From assembly GCA_032718475.1 (NCBI GenBank), contig JAUCBJ010002192.1, forward strand, positions 1 to 40,168: 40,168 nt of DNA. Direction: 5' to 3'. Shown here piece by piece: positions 1-11,934 of the stretch. The first letter of the stretch is position 1; every line of letters starts with the position of its first letter. The translations under genes and the position numbers were made by a program. The notes beneath the pieces were generated by a model. It searched no databases, had not been told where the DNA came from, and saw only the letters and a program-made list of their open reading frames with translations. Source of the stretch: Nemertoderma westbladi. Its lineage: Eukaryota > Animalia > Xenacoelomorpha.

Positions 1-1213
1 AAAGGAAATTTAATAAGCTTTAATATTCTTCGACCACTTTTTTTGATTTCAGAATATTTCCGCATTTTTTTTAAAGAAAAAAACATAAAAAACGTGGATT
101 TTTTCATTTTTTAACAAATTTTGATTTTTTTTTTTACAAAATTGCCAATTATCAGAAATAGAAATGAAAATAAAAATATGTTGAAATTTAACATGCTGGT
201 TCCAAAAAATATGGTATCGAAAAATGAAAATGGAAAATAACGGAGGAGTAGTCTTTTTGGCGAAATTTGTTAAATCTTACGCCAGCCGCTAGGAGGCGCT
301 AAAAAAAATTTTTTTCACCTTTTTATTTACTTTATTTCATTATCTTTTCGATGGTACATAGTTTTCTGCGAATTTTTCAACCATATTGGAGATATAAACA
401 AATTAAAAAAAAACACCAGGGGGGGGGGGGGGGGGAGGGGGGTTACTTAATAAATAATAAAATAAATAAATAATTAATGATATTAATTCGTTGAGCCTGA
501 GATCGTTTGCGTCTATTTTTCCGTCAATATCCACCCGCCTCCGTGATATTCATTTTACTTGCAACATGAAGAGCCAATTTATTGCCATAATTTATTATTT
601 TTTAAACGTTACAGACACTATACTACTAGACCGAATTAGATGATTAGATAACAACCTGCAATGTAAAAAGAATTCGGGTCAGATTGTATAAGTAAAATTA
701 AGTAAAGTTAAAGTAAAAGTAAAATTAAATTGAGTAAATTTACTCAATTTAGATAAAGAAGCCGGTTATAATAGTGGAACGTTATTCTAACCAAGACAAT
801 AAACGACAGTCAATAGAACAAGGTTACAGATTTATTTTTGGGAGTCAATCAGCTTATTTGCGACGATTTTCCCTTAGGGGGGGATTAATTTTGATTGCGC
901 CCATAATTCCTGTTATTAGGACAAGTAAGACCTGTTCCAAATTTCATAGGAACTTAGAGAACGTTTAAACACTAATTTCGATGTTTGCAAACTTAAAAAT
1001 CTGTTTATCCCCAACAAGCGAATAGGCCAGCATCACTTGCAGTATGTTAGTATAAGTAGAAGTTTGAAGACAATTACTTAGTTCACCTGTTACTTTGGAA
1101 ACGGAAACTGCTACAGTATTTATATTGCACAACGGCAGTAAAGTTCGGTCACATATAGAAAGAAATGCAACTCGCATAGCCGCACAATAATACAGACGTT
1201 AATTATTATAATT

Positions 1214-2404
1214 TTAGTCTAATATTATTTCAGAAATAGGTAAATGAGCGATATAGAAAGATGTATCGGATAGTTCAATACTGCGCAGTTGGCTTGGTAA
1301 CGCCAACGATCTTCCCACAAAATTACCCAACAATTCGTCACAACAACGCAACGGGAGTTTCATAATCTGGGTTGTCATCGATTCCTTCCATTGGTTGACG
1401 ATGGAATCACCTGGAAGCGCGAGATAGGCGAGTTTAAGGCAAGGCTGCAAACCGAGTCGGCTCCCATTGGTTGTCTCATCCGGCAACGACACCACGGCAA
1501 ACATATCCCTATTGATTACTTGGAGGAGACCTTGAACTGCCCTGGGGGTTTCCACGGAGACCAAGAGAAACCGGTAGGATATTTCGTTAAGTGGTTGGAG
1601 GTATAAATGTTTGGCAATGAGTTGAATTAACGGCGAATCTTCAATAGTAACAGGGGGAGGTTCATTAAACCGCGAATCGGAAACAAGCGACGAAGTCAAA
1701 CTAATCAGACTATTAAAAAACTTCGCACTTTCTACTGTCTGCGAAGCCCCTCCGGCTTTTTTCTCTATAAACCCAACGAGACTAAAGCATCTAGAACAAT
1801 GAATGTGACTCAAACTATCGCTCTCCCCTACCGGAACTACATCAATGACTGTAGTTTCTACTACTTCGGGGTTTACTACGACGCTGAGAGGGTTGTATAG
1901 GAGGTCGTTGGAACGCGGTTCTATCCCCATCCATTCGTTTGATCCGTGATGGTCGTGACAGAACCACTCGCTGCTGAGAGATTCCCAATTATCCGATGGA
2001 AGAGGCAAAACGCGAGAGAATTTACAGTCTTGTTTCAATAATGATTGACAGCAACAACCGCAACTAATGTTTATATTATCGGGTTTATCTTTGGTCAAAT
2101 CATCGATTGGTATTTTGTAATTTTGTTTCTCGAAGTCGAAGTTAGCCGCTTTTCCAACAGGCATCGCCACCGCTCTCATAAATACATTGCTGTTCCCGAA
2201 TCGAGATTTAGATATTGTGGCACTTCGGCACGCTGTTACAAGTAACGATACGAGGGTATGTTCTACTGGTTTGTCGCATGAGATGATTACCGAATCATCT
2301 TTAAGAATAACCGACTGAATATCGTCCGTGTCAGATACCTCTAACGATAGATGTAGAGTTCCTACTCTGGGTAAGAATTCCCCCAGAATTCCTGCCTGTT
2401 GCAT
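1214..2404 (-). CDS. UBE3D: E3 ubiquitin-protein ligase E3D-like protein (HECT_2/UBE3D family), 396 aa, single exon
   Basis: Open ATG-to-stop ORF with CxxC..SRVLPLPSDNWESLSSEWFCH, a second CxxC (HCSRC) and C-terminal LPLRCCDELL..LPSQLR..FYIAHL. These match my recollection of the UBE3D motifs RVLPLPSENW..EWCCH and LPSATCLELL..LPSSLR. Confidence 0.9.
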   Translation of the reverse strand: MQQAGILGEFLPRVGTLHLSLEVSDTDDIQSVILKDDSVIISCDKPVEHTLVSLLVTACRSATISKSRFGNSNVFMRAVAMPVGKAANFDFEKQNYKIPIDDLTKDKPDNINISCGCCCQSLLKQDCKFSRVLPLPSDNWESLSSEWFCHDHHGSNEWMGIEPRSNDLLYNPLSVVVNPEVVETTVIDVVPVGESDSLSHIHCSRCFSLVGFIEKKAGGASQTVESAKFFNSLISLTSSLVSDSRFNEPPPVTIEDSPLIQLIAKHLYLQPLNEISYRFLLVSVETPRAVQGLLQVINRDMFAVVSLPDETTNGSRLGLQPCLKLAYLALPGDSIVNQWKESMTTQIMKLPLRCCDELLGNFVGRSLALPSQLRSIELSDTSFYIAHLPISEIILD

Positions 2405-3458
2405 TATTTGTTAAATTTATCCAGGTAGTGTAGGACAGGGTAGGTACACAGTAACACAGTCCATCAGTCTGTCTTGTCTACCACCAATCACCATGCAATT
2501 GCAATACTGCAGTACAGGTACAGTAGTACTGTGTACTGCTAGCAGTACAGCAAAAGAACGAACACGATACGACTCCAATCGACAGATCGACTGATCGAAT
2601 AAACAATAAAATACTACTACCGATACAGCTGTACAGTAACAGTGCTACACCAATACTGCAATACACTAGGGTAGGCTCAAGGACTACACTTACTTAGTCA
2701 TTAGTGGTAGTAGACCTCGGGTAGGCTACTGTAAAACCCATTTATTCTTCCTACACCCTTCACACACTTCCTCATCGGTAGGTGCTAAAATGCACAACGA
2801 CCACCAATGAGCAACAACGAGCAACAATGAGCCACAACAAGCAACAACGAGCAACAATGAGCCACAACAAGCAACAATGAGCAACAATGAGCAACAATGA
2901 GTAACAATCAGCATCAATGAGCAACAATGAGCAACAATGAACAACAACGAGCAACAATGAGCAACAACGAGCAACAATGAGCAACAATGAGCAACAATGA
3001 GTAACAATGAGCAACAATGAGCAACAGTGAGTAACAATGAGCAACAATGAGCAATAATGAGCAACAACGAGCAACAATGAGTAACAATGAGCAACAATGA
3101 GCAACAATGAGCAACAATGAGCAACAATGAGCAACAACGAGCAACAATAAGCAACAATGTGCAACAACGAGCAACATTGACTAACAACGAGCAACAATGA
3201 GCAACAATGAGCAACAATGAGCCACAATAAGCAACAATGAGCAACAACGAGCAACAACGAGCAACAATGAGTCACAACAAGCAACAATGGGCAACAACAA
3301 GCAACAACGAGCAACAATGAGTAACAACGAGAAACAACGAGCAACAATGAGCAACAACGAGAAACAACGATCAACAATGAGCAACAATGAGCAACAACGA
3401 GCAACAACGAGCAACAACGAGCAGCAATGAGCAACAATGAGCAACAGCGAACAACATT

Positions 3459-3732
3459 AAAGTAAATTTTCTTCGGCCGCTAGGTCAGGGATTACGCACA
3501 AAGTCTGACGTGACGACTTATTTCCAGTGCGGTCCCCCCAGAACTTTACTCCCCTGAGGAAACTCCAGTACTCATTTAGCTACCACTTAAGGATGCAAGG
3601 CAGAGATGCGCCATGGCTGGTCCCTTTAAAGCATTCGTGCCGAAACGAAAACTGCCCTGGCCCATGTGAGGATCGAACCCACGACCTACAGGAGATGTGA
3701 ATTCAATGCAACCACTACACCAAGGTGGAACC
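3459..3732 (-). mobile_element. tRNA-derived SINE, copy 1 (Meta-domain-like core)
   Basis: Minus strand: A-box TGGTGTAGTGG (3712-3722), B-box/T-arm GTGGGTTCGATCCTCAC (B-box at 3670-3679), then core GCCTTGCATCCTTAAGTGGTAGCTAAATGAGTAC..GGGGAGTAAAG and tail GAAGAAAATTTACTTTA. Confidence 0.8.
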
Positions 3733-4279
3733 TCATTGTTGAACAACAACGAGTAATAATGAGCAACAACGAACAACAACGAGCAACGTTGAGCAACAAT
3801 GAACAACAACGAGCAACAATGAGCAACAACGAGCAACAACGAACAACAACGAGCAACAATGAGCAACAACGAGCAACAATGACCAACAACGAGCAACAAC
3901 GAGCAACAATGACCAACAACGAGCAACAATGAGCAACAATGAGCAACAATGAGCAACAACGAGCAACAAAGAGCAACAATGAGCAACAACGAGCAACAAT
4001 GAGCAACAACGAGCAACAATGAGCAACAATGAGCAACAACGAGCAATAACGAGCAACAATGAGCAATAACGAGCAACAATGAGCAACAACGAGCAACAAC
4101 GAGCAACAATGAGCAACAACGAGCAACAACGAGCAACAATGAGCAACAACGAGCAACAATGAGCAACAACGAGCAACAATGAGCAACAATGAGCAACAAT
4201 GAGCAACAACGAGCAACAATGAGCAAAAACGAGCAACAACGAGCAACAATGAGCAACAACGAGCAACAGCGAACAACAT

Positions 4280-4548
4280 TAAAGTAAAAAAAAAGTAAAT
4301 TTTCTTCGGCCGCTAGGGCACAAAGTCTGACGACTTATTTCCAGTGCGGTCCCCCCAGAACTTTACTCCCCAGAGGAAACTCCAGTACTCATTTAGCTAC
4401 CACTTAAGGATGCAAGGCAGAGATGCGCCCTGGCTGGTCCCTTTAAAGCATTCGTGCCGAAACGAAAACTGCCCTGGCCCATGTGAGGATCGAACCCACG
4501 ACCTACAGGAGATGTGAATTCAATGCAACCACTACACCAAGGTGGAAC
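4280..4548 (-). mobile_element. tRNA-derived SINE, copy 2
   Basis: Near-identical to 3459-3732 (A-box 4529-4539, B-box 4487-4496), with small indels near the tail and the same flanking repeat variants. Confidence 0.8.
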
Positions 4549-5534
4549 ATCATAGTTGAACAACAACGAGTAATAATGAGCAACAACGAACAACAACGAG
4601 CAACGTTGAGCAACAATGAGCAACAACGAGCAACAATGAGCAACAACGAGCAACAACGAACAACAACGGGCAACAATGAGCAACAACGAGCAACAATGAC
4701 CAACAACGTGCAACAACGAGCAACAATGAGCAACAACGAGCAACAATGAGCAACAACGAGCAACAATGAGCAACAATGAGCAACAACGAGCAACAATGAG
4801 CAACAACGAGCAACAACGAGCAACATTGAGCAACAATGAGCAACAATGGGGAACAACGAGCAACAATGAGCAACATTGATCAACAATGAGCAACAACGAG
4901 CAACATTGAGCAACAACGAGCAACAATTATCGGACAGTGAAATTAATTCTAGAATGACCCATCATAATCGTATAATTCATTCAATCAAAATTCTGTCGAC
5001 ACCCCATAAGGAGCATCTATTGGACATTTCGCTTTATTTCGTTTAGAATTGTAGGAGAAGATACATTTCCTTCAAACAGTGTTTTTTTAACATTATATTA
5101 TATTGTACAGATAGTACTTTGCCCAATGTTTCGTTTTTCGTTATTAGGCCGCCCTGCATAGACGCGTAATTTATTACACAAATATTATATTGATGATAGC
5201 AATGGATCCATCCATTATTACAAGCTCTCTCGTGCAACTTTAGAATATTTTGGCCCCTTAGATTCCATTATCTTACATTCTGTTCCTGAAGCTGAAATGC
5301 GGTGATTAACATAGAATGTACCATTGCTATTTGGTTGGCAGGACCTAATATATTTTATTCCTGTATGTCTGTTTCCGTTTTCATTATTACGGGCATCCTC
5401 AAAAGTAATAAACCAATAAGATTTTACATTATTTCCTCTGGACAAGTAGACACCATTATCATCAGATTTTGCTGAAGCAATTGATATAACATCGCGCGCG
5501 GTTCTATGTGCATACAAAATCTTCACGTATTCCA

Positions 5535-7019
5535 CATTGTTGCTCATTGTTGCTTGTTGTTGCTCGTTGTTGCTCAATGTTGCTCGTTGTTGCTCATTGT
5601 TGCTCGTTGTTCCTCATTGTTGCTCTATGTAGCTCGTTGTTCTACTTTACTATTGCTCGTTGTTGCCCATTGTTGCTCGATGTTGCTCGTTGTTGTACTT
5701 TATTATTGCTCGTTGTTGCTCATTGTTCCTTATTTTTGCTCATTGTAGCTCGTTGTTGTACTTTATTATATCCCGTTGTTGCTCATTGTTGCTCGTTGTT
5801 GCTCATTGTTGCTCGTTGTTGCTCATTGTTGCTCATTGTTGCTCATTGTTCCTCATTGTTGCTCGTTGTTGCTCATTGTTGTTCATTGTTGCTCATTGTT
5901 GCTCGTTGTTGCTCATTGTTGCTCATTGTTGCTCATTACTGCTCGTTGTTGCTCATTGTTACTCATTGTTGCTCGTTGTTGCTCATTATTGCTCATTGTA
6001 ACTCGTTGTTGTACTTTATTATTGCTCGTTGTTGCTTATTGTTGCTCGATGTTGCTCGTTGTTGTACTATATTATTGCTCGTTGTTGCTCATTGTTCCTT
6101 ATTGTTGCTCATTGTTGCTCGTTGTTGCTCATTGTTGCTCATTGTTGCTCATTGTTGCTCTTGTTGCTAATTGTTGCTCATTGTTGTTCGTTGTTGCTCA
6201 TTGTTGCTCATTGTTGCTCATTACTGCTCGTTGTTGCTCATTGTTGCTCATTGTTGCTCGTTGTTTCTCGTTATTGCTCATTGTTTCTCGTTGTTGCTCA
6301 TTGTTTCTCGTTGTTGATCATTGTTTTTCGTTGTTGCTCATTGTTACTCGTTGTTGTACTTTTATTATTGCTCGTTGTTGCTCGTTGTTTCTCGTTGTTG
6401 CTCAATGTTGCTCGTTGTTGCTCATTGTTGCTCATTGTTGCTCATTCTTTGTCGTTGTTGCTCATTGTTAATCGTTGTTGTACTTTTATTATTGCTCGTT
6501 GTTGCTCATTGTTTCTCTTTGTTTCTCGTTGTTGCTCGTTGTTGCTCATTGTTGCTCATTGTTGCTCATTGTTGGTCGTTGCTTCTCGTTGTTGCTCAAT
6601 GTTGCTCTTTGAGGCTCATTGTTGTTCATTGTTTCTCGTTGTTGCTCAATGTTGCTCGTTGTCGCTCATTGTTGCTCATTGTTGGTCGTTGCTTCTCGTT
6701 GTTGCTCAATGTTGCTCTTTGAGGCTCATTGTTGCTCATTGTTGTTCATTGTTTCTCGTTGTTGCTCAATGTTGCTCGTTGTCGCTCATTGTTGCTCATT
6801 GTTCCTCATTGTTGCTCGTTGTTTCTCGTTGTTGCTCATTGTTTCTCGTTGTTGCTCATTGTTTCTCGTTGTTGCTCATTGTTTCTCGTTGTTGCTCATT
6901 GTTACTCGCTGTTGTACTTTTATTATTGCTTGTTGTTACTCATTGTTCCTCGTTGTTGTTCAATGTTGCTCGTTGTTGCTCAATGTTGCTGCTCGTTGCT
7001 CATTGTTGCTCATTGTTGC
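5535..7019 (-). repeat. Right arm: inverted 10-bp tandem repeat (RTTGTTGCTC)n
   Basis: Reverse complement of the left-arm unit, with recurring variants such as TTGTACTTTATTATTGCTC and TTGTTTCTC. Confidence 0.95.
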
Positions 7020-7935
7020 TCGTTGTGCATTTTAGCACCTACCTTCCTCATCGAAGCGGAATGGGTTCTCTGGAAACAGGGAAGCAGGAAAGATCCCCCA
7101 CCTCCAAGAAACTACTCTCATATTCAGTTCATACAGTAGTACTGCATTCTGTACAAGTGCAGTAAAGTTTTTCTTCGACCGTTAGGCCGCGCCGGTCCGG
7201 ATCCGCGTCATTAGGTGCTTTGGTCGTTAGAGGTACAGTGTCGTTAATATGCTTTCGGAATTCTAGCAAACCGGCATTCTGAGTAACGAGGGCTGGTCTC
7301 AGTGTCGATGAAGTCAAGCTCATTGTTCTTGTACGTATCCTCTACACATGATAGTTCGGGGGCAATCTACTCCAACTACTGTAAGAATATCTAACCGTGG
7401 AGGATTGCCGCGGAAAGATAATACGAATTAATGGTGTGGTCCAACGTGGTGAATAAACATGGTGAGAGGAGATTAAAACGTTGCAAGGAAATAGCAATAA
7501 AATTCAGTGGTCTTAAATAATCTTAAAATTTATTTTGATTGTCATGGTGTTAATCCGCCCACGCAAATTCCCATATACTGTAAGTTGCTGAAATATGGCA
7601 ACACTTTCTACCTTTTCGATACAGTATACCAGTGCCGTAAAAGTTGAGCGACTTTTACTGTAACTTGATCGTCAACCTGAGTTACCCCCACCAAGTTGCC
7701 GACAAAGGCGGTATAGCCTTTTTGTTACAGACTAGAATAATAATTATTATACCGGTAAGTAGAATCATTGTACACATGTGCAATCTCTCTGTAAGTAGAT
7801 AATAATTGACATACAATGATAGCTACACACTCACTATACACACTAAGACAACTCCTAACATCAGTGTTGGCCTATAATAGGTTACAATATAATTTCCCGT
7901 TGATAATACTGTGGAAGTGGAAGTACAAAGGGTTG

Positions 7936-8150
7936 GACACGTTCATAGGGCCTTCGCGTAGCACGAGGTTCAGTTATGATACATAAATTAAAATTGAGTG
8001 ATTTTATCACGAAATATGAATTTCAGAAATTTAACAAATAAATCAAAGAAGAGTGGATAGTTGCCCCCTTCAACCCCCCCCCCCCCCCTTAATCTGCACT
8101 ACCCCAACCCAAAGGCGCGCAGAGGATTGATGACAGGAAGGTATTAACAG
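7936..8150. repeat. Dispersed repeat fragment, related to 11250-11417 and 36745-36830 (both inverted)
   Basis: GGACACGTTCATAGGGCCTTCGCGTAGCACGAGG is nearly the reverse complement of 11384-11417. 8088-8148 is nearly the reverse complement of 36745-36806. Confidence 0.7.
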
Positions 8151-8329
8151 AAAATTTGGGTTTTAAAATAAATATATTTTAGGAATGCAGGCAACCCTAT
8201 TTGTAAGAAATGATAGTATTGATACTGAGATATTAAATTATCATATCAACACCTCAACGAAATTATTTAGCTAATTATTCTAAAGAATTACGATTACGAT
8301 TTACAATTACGATTAAAGAATTACGAATT

Positions 8330-9677
8330 ACGGACCTCACACCTGCCGAACTCCAAAGAAGCATTAAAAGCATGTCCAATAATAAAGCGAGTGGATTAGA
8401 TGAAATCCCAGCGGAGGTATGGAAAACCGGAGTGCTAAACAGACCATTATTGGATGTTTGCAACCGGTTGTTGAAAGGGGAAAAGCCACCACCAATTTGG
8501 ACTAAAGGTCAACTATAGCCTCTCCCCAAGAAAGGAGACCTCGGTATACCAACAAACTATCGTGGGATCAGTCTGCTTATGGTAGCTGCCAAAATATACA
8601 ATACAATTATTCTATATAGGATTAGGCCTCACATAGAGAAACTACTGCGTAAGAGCCAAAACGGATTTCGACCAAGTAGATCAACAATAGCTCACATACT
8701 TGCACTACGGAGACTGATTGAAGGAATTAAGTCAAAGAATCTCCCCGCAGTCATGACTTTTGTGGACTTCAAGAAGGCATTCGACTCCATCCATAGAGGT
8801 AAAATGCTTGAAATCCTAAGAGCTTATGGAATACCAGAAATAATCGTTGCTGGCATTGGATTGCTATCAAGAACGCAGAAGTAGTAGATATCCGGCAACT
8901 ACAGTCACAGACTCCGACTTTGCGGATGACATCGCCCTGCTCTCTAATACCCTAGCAGATGCACAGCTTCTACTAAATAAAGTGGAGAGGGCTGCTAAGG
9001 AGGTTGGATTGCATATAAATGCTACCAAGACCGAATTCACGACTTTTAATGTTGATGGAAACTTGACAACCATTGATAATAATCAACTAAGGAAGGTTGA
9101 CGACTTCCAGTACCTAGGATCATGGATAGAGAGTAGTAAAAAGGACATAGAAGTTAGGAAAGCAAAGTAACTTTGGGTAGCTCTATCAAAAATGGATACC
9201 ATCTGGAAATCAGATCTTTCCAGGCACCTGAAGACTAAGTTCTTTCGAGCCACAGTGGAAAGTGTATTTTTATATGGGGGTGAGACCTGGACACTGACTA
9301 AATCACTTCAACAACGAATTGATGGATGCTACACAAGACTACTAAGGGCAGCCCTAAACATCAGCTGGAGACAACACATGACAAACGCCGAGCTTTATGG
9401 TACAATACCACCTGTATCAACCACCCTCCGTGAACGCAGATTAAGATTCAGTGGGCACTGCTGGCGAAGTAAAGACGAGGTCATACCAGATCTACTTTTC
9501 TGGCAACCAACTCATGGAAAGCGTAGTCGTGGACGACCGGCCATAACATATATAGATCAACTTGAAAAGGATACTGAACTTGGGAGAAACGAAATTGCGA
9601 CAACTATGGAGAATCGGGAAGCCTAGAAGGATCTCATTTCCACTGTCCGAATTCGCTCGACTCAGTAGTAGTAGTAC
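8330..9677 (+). mobile_element. 5'-truncated, degenerate RTE-clade non-LTR retrotransposon (reverse transcriptase)
   Basis: KASGLDEIPAEVWK, PKKGDL..NYRGISL, QNGFRPSRST, FVDFKKAFDSIHR, FADDIALL, LRERRLRFSGHCWR and GKRSRGRP motifs. Stops and frameshifts, an internal RT deletion near 8880, and a (GTA)n tail at 9665-9676. Confidence 0.9.
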
Positions 9678-9761
9678 GATTAAATACTCAACCAATCATT
9701 TTTCGAGATACACAATAAGCAAGTTGTCTTATTAGTCTGGCTCCTTACACTGGTGAATGTG

Positions 9762-10200
9762 GGGCGAGCCACGAAGTGAGTGAGCCTTAGCGTAGTGGTA
9801 CCATTAATCAACCTGTCGTTCTGTCGTTCTGTCGTTCTGTCGTGTTCAATTTTAAACGTTAATAACTCGGCCAATCTTTGATGAAATCTATCCAAACTTG
9901 GTACACATGTTGTTTGGCAAAAGTTTAGAAATTTTCCAAGTAGAATGTCCGTGTGGCCTTCGAGAAGCTAAGATAATAGCAGTTAATTAGTTAATTAAGT
10001 TGATTACGGTGAAAACACCATTTTCAACCTGCCTTTTAAAGGAAATTAATTGTTTTACAGTATAAGATTTAAATAATTATACTTAAAAATTATACAGATG
10101 TAATCCACATACGCCATTCTATTATAGTTTTTAATTAGTTCAAGTGATTTGCTTTAATAATTGTGTCTTTAATTGATCTAAAGTAATTAAAACGGCATAA
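9762..10200 (+). mobile_element. Non-autonomous interspersed element, HINE/DINE-1-like
   Basis: Starts GGCGAGCCACGAAGTGAGTGAGCC, then (CTGTCGTT)n and CCAAACTTGGTACACATGTTG. Colinear with 34705-35130. Confidence 0.6.
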
Positions 10201-10859
10201 AAAATTGATTCTCATTAAATACTGCTCATTTATTGGCCAACATGCAAGTTGGCTGGTACATAGATGGAAGGATGTGTGTGTAAGGCAGCCAGTTGCTGGG
10301 AATGATTATTGGTCAAGTCTCTGCTGGTGTGGAGCTAGCTGGGTGGGAGTTGTGGCTGTAGACTAACCAGAGAGGAATTGTAATAGGCAACCAGTATTGC
10401 TATTCCAGCCCAGACAGCATTCTTTAAATCCAACATCCCAACATCCTTCCTGTATTCCAATTCCTATTGACTCTACTATAAGTGTTGTATTGCTATTTCA
10501 GGTAAATGACAGATATAATAACATAAATACCATCCATGGCATGGCTGTTATGTAGGCTTATATCTGAAATAGTTTATTCCACAATGTATATGTCTGGTTA
10601 TTTTTTAATTGAATTTTTGCAAAGTAGTAAAATTAATGTTCTTAAAAATAATATTATTATTTTATATGTAACCTAGGAAATTAGCTAAATTTTTTCGCTG
10701 CAGCTTTAAGAGTGAACATTGATTTAATATTATTTCATACATCGGCATAAGATGCGTTGGCGTTGTATCATACATCTCCACATATCACACATCTCCACAT
10801 AGATGTATCAACAGTTACTCGCACAGTTTCGAAACTTCGCATAGTTATAACTGTATAAT

Positions 10860-11130
10860 GATCGTCAGTCTGCGTTTAGGAAAAATATTTTATGACCAAA
10901 CAGGACAAGCGACGAGCGCAACGAGGCATATGATGAAGACGAGTACTGCGTTGACTAAATTATTATATAAACCACCTGGCTTCACATATTGATCGCATCC
11001 CTAGTTATTATTATTATAAAGATCGTCCTAGCCTGCGTTTAAGAAATATATTTAAATACAAAACAGGACGAACGCAAAGAGGCTTATAATGAAAACGAGC
11101 ACTGCGTTTATTATATTCCTATAAACCACC
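10860..11130 (+). repeat. Two diverged direct repeats of about 110-120 bp
   Basis: GATCGTC..CTGCGTTTA..AAACAGGAC..GAGGC..ACGAG.ACTGCGTT..TATAAACCACC at about 10860-10976 and 11021-11130. Confidence 0.7.
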
Positions 11131-11229
11131 TATAACCTAAACCACTATAAAACCTTTGCATATTTAACGTGCGATTGGAAATAAGTTCGTGCTACCCTTC
11201 CGTGGGTGGTAGATGTCGCGGTTATGTAT

Positions 11230-11620
11230 TGGTGGTTGGGAAGGGTGGGGGGGGGGGGGGGGATTAAAAGGGGTGAACACGTACTGTCCCCCTTTCTTTG
11301 ATTGAATGGTGGTGTGGGTAAATTTCTCAAAACCTGATTTTGTGATACAGTCGCTCAATTTTAATTTGTATCTATTAACTGGGCCTCGTGCTGCGCGAAG
11401 GCCCCACGAACGTGTCCTTTACAGTAGATGTATTACCAGTAGATGTGTTCCCAGCTAGGCAATAGCAAGCACGCCATGGAATGAGGGAGCTCGAAGTATT
11501 AGTATTGAGAGACGGGGAATTTTAACAACTTAATTACGTTTAGATCAATTAATAAAAACACATTTCTTAAAGCAAATCACTTGAACTACTGTATTGAAAA
11601 CTATAACGGAATGGGCTATG
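11230..11620. repeat. Fragments of dispersed repeat families
   Basis: 11250-11417 is inverted relative to 7936-8090. 11445-11620 is the reverse complement of about 35030-35205 (e.g. AGCAAGCACGCCATGGAATGAG versus CTCATTCCATGGTGTGCTTGCT). Confidence 0.65.
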
Positions 11621-11934
11621 ATAATTATAGCGGTCCATGTGAAGTTTCCCGTATTTTCCATTCCCGGGAAAAACTACCTTTCTGGAGCGCATTCCTCATA
11701 ACAGAAATAATTTTTTTCTAATTTTAAAATTTTATTTAAAATTTATTTTTTAAATTTATTTATATCATCATAAAAACAAATTAGAGATTCTAAGTATTTT
11801 CCCAAACGGACAATGCGAAATTGATATATTTTGCGAATTTCTCGGGTGACTTATATGAAACTTCGTGAGGATTATAAACACCTTAGCATCCGTATGTATC
11901 CTTCCTAGTACGGCGTCTCAAAAGAATCAAAATC

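Larger units (their letters stand above)
2801..4926 (+). repeat. Left arm: 10-bp tandem repeat (GAGCAACAAY)n, interrupted twice by a SINE
   Basis: Directly visible in blocks at about 2809-3447, 3740-4279 and 4557-4926. Confidence 0.95.
2777..7043. mobile_element. Non-autonomous Foldback-type DNA transposon (probably Mutator/MULE superfamily)
   Basis: TIR GGTAGGTGCTAAAATGCACAACGA (2777-2800) and its exact reverse complement (7020-7043). Identical 9-bp flanks TTCCTCATC at 2768-2776 and 7044-7052 (TSD). The two arms are 10-bp tandem repeats in opposite orientation. Confidence 0.9.

Noticed and set aside
419-443. Poly-G/C tracts here and at about 8075, 11250, 14850, 20220, 20985, 21990 and 35220 as a G-quadruplex system
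   Set aside because: Several lie within interspersed repeats and no consistent arrangement supports a function.
774-1177. Short ORFs downstream of UBE3D
   Set aside because: No recognisable motifs; probably 3' UTR or intergenic.
3655-3732. Functional tRNA gene
   Set aside because: A and B boxes and a T-arm are present, but there is no convincing anticodon arm or acceptor stem, and it runs into a SINE body and tail.
2726-7165. Many Leu/Val/Cys-rich and NNEQQ ORFs
   Set aside because: They are translations of the 10-bp repeat in multiple frames and not credible proteins.
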